A stretch of DNA of 64,000 nucleotides from Candidatus Parachristensenella avicola. GTDB taxonomy: Bacteria; Bacillota; Clostridia; Christensenellales; UMGS416. The stretch is taken from assembly GCA_904420205.1 (NCBI GenBank), contig CAJFUN010000045.1, forward strand, positions 4,137 to 68,136, written 5' to 3'. The position numbers were made by a program, and so were the translations under genes. Positions 9,932-18,826 of this stretch are shown here, piece after piece (within the stretch, counting starts at the first letter, position 1; each line of letters starts with the position of its first letter). The notes beneath the pieces were generated by a model, which saw nothing but the letters and a program-made list of their open reading frames with translations, was not told the origin of the DNA and did no database searches.

Positions 9932-11347
9932 TTATAGGGAAATCTCCCGGTACAGTTCCGCATCCGCATCCCGCACGAGCATCTCCAGCTCCTCGTCGCC
10001 AAAGTTAGTCGTACGCCCCTGTGCGTACTGCTGATCCACCGCATTTTTGACATAGGCGATCACCGGGTGGCGCTTATCCAGCGCGCGGTCCCCCTTAAGC
10101 TTAAAGTAGCCGTTCAACCAATGGGCAATCCCTGCCGCGCCAGAATGGGGGCCGATCATAACCGTCGGCGGGCGGTTGAGGATCTTTTTGGTATCAAAAA
10201 TGTTATAAATCTCCTCGTCCTTCAGCAGGCCATCGGCATGGATGCCGGCGCGCGTGGCGTTAAACGAGCGGCCTACAAAGGGCGTATGGGCGGGAATATT
10301 ATACCCGATATCATGCTCGAAGAAATCGGCGTATTCGGTAATGGCAGAGAGATCCATGCCGTCGGTCGTGCCGCGCAGCGAGGCGTACTCGATCGCCATC
10401 GCCTCCAAGGGGCAGTTACCCGTGCGCTCACCGATGCCCAGCATGGAGCAGTTGACCGAGGCGCAGCCGTACAGCCACGCTGTCGCCGCGTTGATGACCA
10501 CCTTATAAAAGTCGTTATGGCCATGCCATTCCAACTGGCGGCTCGGCACGCCGCAATAGTGCCGCAGGCCGTAAATAATGCCGGGAACGCTCCTGGGCAT
10601 CGCCGCGCCGGGGTAGGTCACACCATAGCCCAGCGTATCGCATGCACGAATCTTAATGGGCACCTGATATTCCTGGGCCAGCTTCATCAGCTCGCTGGCA
10701 AAGGGCACAACGAAGCCATAATAGTCGGCCCGGGTAATGTCCTCAAAATGGCACCGCGGAATAATCCCGTACTCCAGGGCCGATTTCACAATCCCCAGAT
10801 ATTCATCCATCGCCTGTCCGCGGGTCTTATGCATCTTTTTGAAGATATGATAGTCGGAACAGGATACAAGGATACCCGTCTCCTTGACGCCCATATGCTT
10901 CACCAGCGCAAAATCACCTTTGGTCGCACGGATCCAAGTGGTGACCTCCGGGAATTCGTAGCCTCGGTCCATGCAGGCTTGCACCGCTTCACGGTCTTTA
11001 TCCGAATATACAAAAAATTCGCTTTGCCGCACGATGCCCTTGGGCCCGCCCAATTTATGCTGCAGGTCGAACAGACGCACGATCTGTTCCACCGTAAAGG
11101 GAGAGGTCGACTGCTGGCCGTCACGGAAGGTCGTATCGGTCAGCCAGATCTCCCGGGCCGGCTGCATGGGCATAATCCGATGGTTAAAAGCCGTCTTGGG
11201 GACGGATTCATAGTCGAACAGATGGCGGAAGAGGTTAGGCTCCTCCACATCTTGCAGCGGGAATCGGGTGGACCGCTGCTCCAGCAAATTTGTCTTATGG
11301 TCAAAATGCAAAACCGGCTCAAAATCCATTTTTTCCTGATCGCTCAT
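9932..11347 (-). CDS. HMGL-like (2-isopropylmalate/homocitrate synthase family) enzyme; candidate Re-citrate synthase
   Basis: The protein is 471 aa. LTDTTFRDGQQS, the pyruvate-carboxyltransferase TIM-barrel signature, comes after a 65-aa N-terminal extension. HGHNDFY provides the metal ligands. There is no LeuA-type C-terminal regulatory domain. Confidence 0.7.
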   Translation of the reverse strand: MSDQEKMDFEPVLHFDHKTNLLEQRSTRFPLQDVEEPNLFRHLFDYESVPKTAFNHRIMPMQPAREIWLTDTTFRDGQQSTSPFTVEQIVRLFDLQHKLGGPKGIVRQSEFFVYSDKDREAVQACMDRGYEFPEVTTWIRATKGDFALVKHMGVKETGILVSCSDYHIFKKMHKTRGQAMDEYLGIVKSALEYGIIPRCHFEDITRADYYGFVVPFASELMKLAQEYQVPIKIRACDTLGYGVTYPGAAMPRSVPGIIYGLRHYCGVPSRQLEWHGHNDFYKVVINAATAWLYGCASVNCSMLGIGERTGNCPLEAMAIEYASLRGTTDGMDLSAITEYADFFEHDIGYNIPAHTPFVGRSFNATRAGIHADGLLKDEEIYNIFDTKKILNRPPTVMIGPHSGAAGIAHWLNGYFKLKGDRALDKRHPVIAYVKNAVDQQYAQGRTTNFGDEELEMLVRDADAELYREISL

Positions 11348-11358
11348 GCTCTACCCCC

Positions 11359-12552
11359 CTAATTTAAGTCGCGGACAAAGGCGGCCATGCGCCGAAGCCC
11401 TTCAGAAATTCTCTCCCTGCCGGTGGCATAGCTTAGCCGCACGTATCCTTCGCAGCCAAAGGCCACGCCGGGCACCACCGCCACGTGATAGGCCTCCAGC
11501 AATAAGCGCGCAAAGGCCATAGAGTCTGTAATAGGTTCCCCACGATACGTTTTTCCGATCACGCCGGTGATGTTCATGAGCACATAGAAAGCACCCTCCG
11601 GATATCGGCAGGAAAGGCCGTCAATGGCGTTGATCCCATCGCAAAGCAGCAGCCTGCGCCGGTCAAATTCCTCCACCATCATAGGCAGTTCCCGGCAAGG
11701 CTGCGTCATCGCCGCCTCCATCGCATACTGGGCCACCGAATTCGCGTTGCTGGTGGCCTGGCTCTGTAGATTGCTCATCAGCTTAGCGATGGGCTTTTCG
11801 CAGGCTGTATAGCCAATGCGCCAGCCCGTCATGGCGAAAGCCTTGGAGGCGCCGTTGATAACGATGGTCTGCCGCTTGATATCCTCTCCTAGCGAGGCGA
11901 TGGACGTGAAGGTATGGCCTCCATATACCAGCTTTTCATATATTTCGTCGGCAATCACAAAGAAGCCTTTTTCCACCGCCAGCTCGGCAATGGGCCGGAG
12001 CTCCTCGGCGTCGTACATGGCCCCGGTGGGGTTGCAGGGATTACATAGCACCAGCGCCTTGGTGCGGGGCGTTACCGCCGCACGCAGCGCGTCAATGCGC
12101 ATTTTAAAGTCATTCTCCTCGCTGGTCGGCACAAAGACCGGCGTACCGTCGGCAATTTTTACAAGTTCTGGATACGAAACCCAGTAAGGCGCAGGAATAA
12201 TGACCTCATCACCGGGATTCAACAGCGTCTGAAAAGTATTAAAGAGCGAATGCTTCGCACCATTACTCACGACGATCTGGCTGGGCTCATACTGCAGGCC
12301 ATTATCGCGGGCCAGCTTGCCGCAAATCGCCTCGCGCAGCCCCAAGGTGCCTGATACGGGCGTATAGCGCGTTTTCCCCTCGTCAATCGCCTTTTTCGCC
12401 GCGTCGCAGATAAACTGCGGCGTATTAAAATCCGGTTCCCCGGCTCCAAAACCCACTACGTCGACCCCATCTGCGGCCATTGCCTTTGCCTTAGCGTCAA
12501 TCGCCAGCGTAACGGAATCTGCAATTGCCATTGCCTTTCTGGATAGTTCCAT
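11359..12552 (-). CDS. class I PLP-dependent aminotransferase (aspartate aminotransferase-like)
   Basis: The track ORF is 11359..12666. I start the gene at ATG 12552 (GAGGAGG RBS), giving 397 aa. Motifs are GFGAGEPDFNTP and the PLP-lysine motif GASKAFAMTGWRIGY. Confidence 0.85.
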   Translation of the reverse strand: MELSRKAMAIADSVTLAIDAKAKAMAADGVDVVGFGAGEPDFNTPQFICDAAKKAIDEGKTRYTPVSGTLGLREAICGKLARDNGLQYEPSQIVVSNGAKHSLFNTFQTLLNPGDEVIIPAPYWVSYPELVKIADGTPVFVPTSEENDFKMRIDALRAAVTPRTKALVLCNPCNPTGAMYDAEELRPIAELAVEKGFFVIADEIYEKLVYGGHTFTSIASLGEDIKRQTIVINGASKAFAMTGWRIGYTACEKPIAKLMSNLQSQATSNANSVAQYAMEAAMTQPCRELPMMVEEFDRRRLLLCDGINAIDGLSCRYPEGAFYVLMNITGVIGKTYRGEPITDSMAFARLLLEAYHVAVVPGVAFGCEGYVRLSYATGRERISEGLRRMAAFVRDLN

Positions 12553-12924
12553 ATCAAAACGCCTCCTCGGTGAAATGAAATTTATATATCTATTTCTTGC
12601 ATTTTTAGGTGACACATTCCTTCTTGCAGGGATAAAACCCCGTATTCCCGCCGCCTTATGCAACATAATATGTTTCTAACATGCAAGTAGACTCATATTA
12701 ACACGTCAAATGCTAAGATGCAACCCCTGAAAGCCTCTTTTTGAATTTTTTGTATCGCCAGACAGCCTATAGGGGCGCCATCGATCGCCTAATCCCTATC
12801 GCTGGCCAATATGCAGGACAGCTCAATATCCGCTGCAAAGGCGCTTATCCCCCTATCCCCCTAGCCGACGATTCCTTGCAAGCGCTGCATGAGCCGGAAC
12901 CGCATTTTTCTCGGACATTACGAC

Positions 12925-12951
12925 AAAAAAGGCGGCACATGCCGCCTTTTT
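12925..12951. terminator. bidirectional hairpin terminator
   Basis: A6-GGCGGC-ACAT-GCCGCC-T5. It lies about 90 nt downstream of the amino-acid-kinase gene stop. Confidence 0.6.
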
Positions 12952-13039
12952 GCTCATCTTTTGAATTCATCTTCGGAAATTCCCGCTCAACGGGCATTTT
13001 CCTTCATCTTTCAGCGAACTCCCTCCGCAAACGCCGCGA

Positions 13040-13870
13040 TTACCAGCAGCCTACCCGCGTACAGGGCACGCGGCCCGCCACAAGATCCTGGAGCCGGTGC
13101 CGTGCGTGGCCGATGATTACCGTCGTTCCCGCGCAAACTGGGTCTACAATAAATTCCAACTTGGCGCGAGCCCCGCCCGCACCCGCGCGGCTGGCGCCGA
13201 CGCAGCGCCGCTGCATAGCCCGGATATTGGCGACAACCGACTCCGCATCGCGGCCGGTAATCTCGCCCACCAAGGTGGATGGGTCAGCCGGATCCCGATA
13301 GATGCCCTCTACGCTGGTCATAATGACAAGCATTTTGGCCCGCACCAGCCGTGCGATCACAGAGGCGGTCTCATCGTTATCAATGCACTCCACCACTTCC
13401 CGCATACCTTGGTGACGTAGGGTTGCCAACTCCATCCGCCGGTTCTCCTCAAAAGACACCGGGTCGTTATAATTAATGATCGGCACGGCCCCCTGCCGAG
13501 GCTGCCGCAGCAGGAAGGATTTGATCTGCTCCCGTTTGACCGGGTCATTGAAATGCGTATGCTCCACCAGCAACTGACGCACTGAATACTTAGGGTCAAT
13601 ATATCGGCGGTAGTTCTCCATGAGGATGGACTGGCCCTGCGCCGCATAATCCGATTTATCCTCCTCCGGATCGCCGTGAAGCACTTCCCCTCCATTGCGC
13701 CGCATATAATCCAGGCGGCCGATCTCCGTGGCGCCGGAAGATACCCAAATCATACCCGGACGCAAATCATGCCCTAGGCGCGAAAAAATATTGTAGTCGA
13801 TATCCAGATCCTCCCGGCGAATCAACGCCATGGAACCGATCTTGCCCACCAGTTCGATCTCCTGACTCAT
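13040..13870 (-). CDS. amino-acid kinase family protein (glutamate 5-kinase-like, no PUA domain)
   Basis: The protein is 276 aa. Motifs are GKIGSMAL (the ProB-type KxGS loop), WVSSGATEIG and IDNDETASVIARLVRAKMLVIMTSVEGIY. Confidence 0.65.
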   Translation of the reverse strand: MSQEIELVGKIGSMALIRREDLDIDYNIFSRLGHDLRPGMIWVSSGATEIGRLDYMRRNGGEVLHGDPEEDKSDYAAQGQSILMENYRRYIDPKYSVRQLLVEHTHFNDPVKREQIKSFLLRQPRQGAVPIINYNDPVSFEENRRMELATLRHQGMREVVECIDNDETASVIARLVRAKMLVIMTSVEGIYRDPADPSTLVGEITGRDAESVVANIRAMQRRCVGASRAGAGGARAKLEFIVDPVCAGTTVIIGHARHRLQDLVAGRVPCTRVGCW

Positions 13871-13885
13871 CCCTATACCTCTCCC

Positions 13886-15247
13886 TTATTGGGCAGCCGT
13901 CAGCGTGTTCATCCACTTGCGGGTACGAATCCGCCAGAGGGAGAGCAGCGATTTGACGACGTCCGCCACTGTAATCATAATAAAGACAATATGCCCGGGC
14001 AGCTTCAGCGCCAGCGCCCCCAGCAGCGCCATAGGCAGAGCGATAAGCCACACAGACCCCAGGTCAATCGCTGCCGCCACCGTCGTATCCCCACCGGAGC
14101 GCAGCACGCCGACAATGGAAAAATAGTTGAAATTCCGGAAGACCAGCAAACTTCCGAAAGCGATTAGCAATAGGTTTGCTTTCTCCAGCACGTCCTGCGA
14201 TACGTGGTAGCAGCTCAGAATCGGCCAGCGTAAGGCGATCACCAAAAGCCCTGCCGCGATGGCCAGAACCGGTCCCAGAATCAGGAACCGCATGGCGTTA
14301 TCCCATGCCGTTTGCCGGTCGCCCCGCCCCAGTGGGGAGCCGATCAGCACGCTGCAGGCAGGGCCCATTCCCCAGAAGAAGCTCATGGCCACCCCCTCCA
14401 GGTTCCGCATGATATTATACGCCGCATAATCGGCCGTGCCAATGCGCGCAAAAATAAGGGAAAGTAAGCTCATGCACACGCCCCATAATCCCTCATTGAG
14501 AATGACCGGCATGGCCAGGCGCAAGTATTGCTTAACAAATCCCCAGCGATGAGGCACCATCTGCCGGAAGGGGCCCATAATCGGGGATCGGGACCGATAC
14601 GCCGAAAACAGAATGATCACCAGCTGCACCAGGCAGGCAAGCACCGAAGCAATCGCCGCGCCGGTGGCGCCCATCGCGGGAAGGCCCAGCTTGCCGAAGA
14701 TCAGCAGATAATTGAACGCTACATTGACCATCACCGAAGCGATGCCCGCTATCAGGGGCAGCCGTACCTGCCCAATAGAGCGCATGGCTGACATCGTTCC
14801 ATAGGCCAATGCCTGCAGCGGATAAGACACGGCCATCACCTTTAGATATCCGATGCCCGCTTGAACCACGGCCTCATCCTGAGAGAATATCCGCATCGAT
14901 CCTTCCGGAAACAGCAAAGATATCGCCATCATAGGCAACGCCACCGCCATCATCGTCAGAATCGAAAGTCCATAGCTCTGCCGCACGCCAACGCTGTCGC
15001 CGGCTCCATAATATTGGGCGATCAACACCGCCGCGCCGGAAGAAGCGCCAAAGAAGAACATATTGATCATATAGCTCCATTGGCCGGCTAATCCAACGGC
15101 TGCCACCGACACCTCGCCCAGCTGCCCCACCATGATATTATCCACCAATGCCAACGAATTGGACAGCAGATTCTGCAGCGCTACCGGCAGCACCAGCGCC
15201 ATCATTCTGCCGTAAAAATGCCGGTCCCCCAACAACCTACGGAGCAT
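13886..15247 (-). CDS. MATE-family efflux transporter
   Basis: The protein is 453 aa with about 12 TM helices. The N-terminus reads LPVALQNLLSNSLALVDNIMVGQLGEVSVAAVGLA, which is typical of MATE/NorM. Confidence 0.8.
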   Translation of the reverse strand: MLRRLLGDRHFYGRMMALVLPVALQNLLSNSLALVDNIMVGQLGEVSVAAVGLAGQWSYMINMFFFGASSGAAVLIAQYYGAGDSVGVRQSYGLSILTMMAVALPMMAISLLFPEGSMRIFSQDEAVVQAGIGYLKVMAVSYPLQALAYGTMSAMRSIGQVRLPLIAGIASVMVNVAFNYLLIFGKLGLPAMGATGAAIASVLACLVQLVIILFSAYRSRSPIMGPFRQMVPHRWGFVKQYLRLAMPVILNEGLWGVCMSLLSLIFARIGTADYAAYNIMRNLEGVAMSFFWGMGPACSVLIGSPLGRGDRQTAWDNAMRFLILGPVLAIAAGLLVIALRWPILSCYHVSQDVLEKANLLLIAFGSLLVFRNFNYFSIVGVLRSGGDTTVAAAIDLGSVWLIALPMALLGALALKLPGHIVFIMITVADVVKSLLSLWRIRTRKWMNTLTAAQ

Positions 15248-15397
15248 CGCTTCCCTCTTCCCCCATTTTCAGCGGTGTGCTGCATTCGCCCGCATCCCGC
15301 TATCCATAAACATCACAATGGCTTTTTCATCAGGCGAGCGATTCCGCTCGCATTTCGCTTCTTTTTAGAAGCAATAATTACTATATATTGACCGGAT

Positions 15398-16642
15398 TTA
15401 TCCTATCATACCTTTCTTCTTTTCACAAGAGCCATCGGGCATCCGGATCAAAAGGACGCTAAGGCCCGCTAAAGCCAAAACGCCCAGCGCAACCATCCCG
15501 CCGATACAGGCCATATACCCAAATCCCCAGGTTTCAATCACAAGGCCGCCCAGCAGGCCTCCGGCCAGCGTAGGCAGGGTTACAGTAAGCAAGGCTACCA
15601 GATTCTGGGCCGTGCTGCCGATCTCATCCGGCAGCGTGTCGGCCACATAGCGAGTAATTGCCACCGAATAAACAACGTATCCGAATCCGTGCAGCAGCTG
15701 GGTCGCCATCACCATATCCGGCGTAGGAAAAAGCGCGACCAGCAACCATCGGATAATGGTGGTTACGGCCGGAATTAGCAGCGTCTTCTTGACGCCTAAG
15801 CGCGCCATGATCCGGCCCATGCATAGCAGCACCGGTACTTCCGTGACCGTGCGCAGCGAGACGCACCATCCGAAGGTTTCATGATTCGCGCCCGGCAAGG
15901 TCATAAAAAAGGTGGGCAAAAAAGTATAGGTAAAGGAATTGGCCAAAGCGATGATAAAGACAATTCCAATCAGGCACCACAGCTCCCGATAGCGCAGTAT
16001 GCTGCGGAAGGATACCCGATCCTTGGGGTTCGCCTCGGCTTCCCGGATCTGCTCCACCTGGCGCCATGGTAGAAACGGCAGCACCGCCAGCGAAAGCAGC
16101 GCCGCCACCATGGCAAATGGGATGAAGCCCACCGGGTCGGCCTGGCTGATCCGGCCTACCCATACGCCCCCGATTGCGAAACCTGCCGTCCAGCTTACGC
16201 GGATACGCCCATACCGATCCGAGGCATCCTGAGCGGAAAGATGGCGCATCAGTACCGCCGTGTTTAACGCATTGGCTGCGCCGCTGAAAGCCAAATACCC
16301 GGTATGAACAGCCATCAGCACGCCGGCGGAAAATTCATCCGGACCATGCTGGGGTCGCAAAATCATCATAAGCGCCATCATTCCGGCGCTGAGCGCCGTC
16401 AGGCATGCCATTGCGCTCATCTTGCGGCGTGTGCAGTCGGTCCACACGGCCAGCAGCGGCTGCAGCAGGAGGGCCAACAGGGAGGGGATGGTGGAAAACA
16501 GGCCAACAACCAAAGGCCCGTATCCTAAATAGCTTAAGTACACATTTAAGAAGCTGCCATAGGCGCAGGAAGACAGCGCAGTTAAAAGAAAGTGCAGATG
16601 ATACCATCCTTCCCGTACCGGGCCGGTAAAAAATCGCTTCAT
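15398..16642 (-). CDS. MFS transporter
   Basis: The protein is 414 aa, polytopic with about 12 TM helices and an MFS-like two-halves layout. The substrate is unknown. Confidence 0.7.
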   Translation of the reverse strand: MKRFFTGPVREGWYHLHFLLTALSSCAYGSFLNVYLSYLGYGPLVVGLFSTIPSLLALLLQPLLAVWTDCTRRKMSAMACLTALSAGMMALMMILRPQHGPDEFSAGVLMAVHTGYLAFSGAANALNTAVLMRHLSAQDASDRYGRIRVSWTAGFAIGGVWVGRISQADPVGFIPFAMVAALLSLAVLPFLPWRQVEQIREAEANPKDRVSFRSILRYRELWCLIGIVFIIALANSFTYTFLPTFFMTLPGANHETFGWCVSLRTVTEVPVLLCMGRIMARLGVKKTLLIPAVTTIIRWLLVALFPTPDMVMATQLLHGFGYVVYSVAITRYVADTLPDEIGSTAQNLVALLTVTLPTLAGGLLGGLVIETWGFGYMACIGGMVALGVLALAGLSVLLIRMPDGSCEKKKGMIG

Positions 16643-17008
16643 ATGGTCCCCCCTTTCCCTAATGGTTCATCCTATCACAATCCCAAGCCCGTTAACAGGG
16701 GCCCCCGGCGCTTAGCGCATGATTTTCCAAATTTCGTAGAATAATAAAAGAATTCATCCCTTCCAAGAAAAGCGTTTAGGTGTATAATAATCAGACACGC
16801 CATGGACGCATTGAACTGTTCGGATGATCACAGTTGGATTGGTCATTTCATTCTATGATTACGGTCATTTCAGGTCATGGCATCCTGCATTTCTCATGCC
16901 CTGTATAAAATTAACCAACAATTCGTGCATCATCTCTATGGTAAGCCCATGTGGAATTGGGTATGCTTTCCATGACGGGCAAGTCACAAGGAAAGCGGCG
17001 GGGGCATC

Positions 17009-18826
17009 GTGCTAAGGCGACGGCCCGCCTTAACACGCCGCCGCAATCAAAAGGGGGGAATTACCATCAACATTATCAAACGAATCCTGGGTATGCTGGC
17101 GCCGCACAAAAAAAGCCTCATCATCGGATCGCTTATGATCCTGGTGCTGCAGGCTGGACGTCTTTATGCGCCGAAGATCAGCGGTATTATCGTAGACGAT
17201 GTAATTCGCGCCGGCAATTATGAGCTGCTGCCGCGGATGCTGGTCATCTATGCCGTGCTGTTCTCCTGCATTGCGCTTCTTATGTATTTACGGGGCCTAG
17301 TGTTTGAGAACATCTCGCAAAGCGTCATATTCACGATCCGCCAGACGCTATTCGAGCATTTGCACGAATTGCCCTTCCGTTTTTACGACCACCATCGCAT
17401 TGGGGAGATCATGTCCCGTCTCACCGGCGACGTAGAGGCCATCCGGAACTTCATCGCCGGCGGCTTGGTCACCATTGCCGAACAGGCAACCCATTTCTTC
17501 GGCGCCATGATTATGATCTTTATCATTGCGCCCCATCTAGCCGTCCTTTTTCTGGTGTTGACGCCCATCCTGGCCTTTGTCGGATATAAATTTGACCGTA
17601 CCATCCGTCCCGCTTTTAACGCGCAGCGGGATCAGGGCGCCGTGCTGAATACCAAAGCCCAAGAGAACATATCCGGCATCCGCGTGGTTAAGGCTTATTC
17701 TCAGGAAGAGCAGGAAAAAGCTGAATTCGCCAAAGAAAACCGCCAGTATCGGGATGACGGTATTCGTATCTCCGTCATATGGAGTAATTTCCATCCCATT
17801 ATCGAGTTTATCGCTTCCGCGTTCCCCGCTGCGGTGCTGCTGGTAGGCGGCATGCTGGCGCAGGGCGGTTCCCTTACCCCCGGCGACGTGGTTACGATTT
17901 TCGGATACCTTTGGATGATCACCGACCCCATGCGTCAGTTGGTCAACATCCTGAACATGATCAGCCAGTGTTCCTCCTCCGGCGAGCGAATTTTCTATTA
18001 CATGGACATCGGTTCGGAGATCAAGGAGTGCGAGGATCCCCAATTCCCGGAGAAATTCCAAGGCCATGTGGTCTTCGATCATGTCAACTTCCGCTATGAC
18101 GACGAACCGGTGCTCCGGGATATCTGCCTTGACGTGCCGGCTGGCCATACGGTGGCTATCATGGGCGCTACCGGCAGCGGCAAGACGAGCATCGTCAATC
18201 TGCTCGGGCGCTTCTATGAATGCCAAAGCGGCGCGGTCACCATTGACGGCATTGACGTGAAACAATACAAGCTTAAGGAGCTGCGCCGCCAGCTGGGATA
18301 CGTTCCGCAAGAGACTTTCCTGTTCTCCGACACGTTGGAGGGCAACATCGCTTTCGGAAATCCTGATCTATCCGAGGAGGCGGTGCGCCAGGCTGCTGAG
18401 ATTGCCCAAGCTAAAGAGTTTATCGACCAGTTGGACGACGGTTATGATACCGTCGTAGGCGAGCGGGGCATGGGCCTCTCCGGCGGCCAGAAGCAGCGCG
18501 TCGCCATTGCCCGAGCCATTGCCTTGGATCCGAAGATTCTGATCCTGGACGACTCGACCAGTGCGATCGACATGGAAACTGAATCAGCAATCCAGGCCGG
18601 CCTGAAAAAGGTGCTGAAGAACCGTACGACCTTTATTATCTCGCACCGCATTTCCTCGGTGAAAAATGCCGATGAGATTATCGTCCTGGATCATGGCGCC
18701 ATTGCCGAGCGCGGCGTGCATGATGAGCTCTTGGCCAAGAAGGGTCTATACTATGACATCTTCATGGATCAATATCGTGATTATCAATCCATCTTAGGCG
18801 AAGGGAAGGTGATGGAAAATGCCTAG
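17009..18826 (+). CDS. ABC exporter, fused permease/ATPase, subunit 1 of a heterodimer
   Basis: A six-TM domain is followed by Walker A GATGSGKTS, the signature LSGGQKQR and Walker B LILDDSTSAID. The start is uncertain: GTG 17009 or ATG 17093. Confidence 0.85.
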   Translation: MLRRRPALTRRRNQKGGITINIIKRILGMLAPHKKSLIIGSLMILVLQAGRLYAPKISGIIVDDVIRAGNYELLPRMLVIYAVLFSCIALLMYLRGLVFENISQSVIFTIRQTLFEHLHELPFRFYDHHRIGEIMSRLTGDVEAIRNFIAGGLVTIAEQATHFFGAMIMIFIIAPHLAVLFLVLTPILAFVGYKFDRTIRPAFNAQRDQGAVLNTKAQENISGIRVVKAYSQEEQEKAEFAKENRQYRDDGIRISVIWSNFHPIIEFIASAFPAAVLLVGGMLAQGGSLTPGDVVTIFGYLWMITDPMRQLVNILNMISQCSSSGERIFYYMDIGSEIKECEDPQFPEKFQGHVVFDHVNFRYDDEPVLRDICLDVPAGHTVAIMGATGSGKTSIVNLLGRFYECQSGAVTIDGIDVKQYKLKELRRQLGYVPQETFLFSDTLEGNIAFGNPDLSEEAVRQAAEIAQAKEFIDQLDDGYDTVVGERGMGLSGGQKQRVAIARAIALDPKILILDDSTSAIDMETESAIQAGLKKVLKNRTTFIISHRISSVKNADEIIVLDHGAIAERGVHDELLAKKGLYYDIFMDQYRDYQSILGEGKVMENA

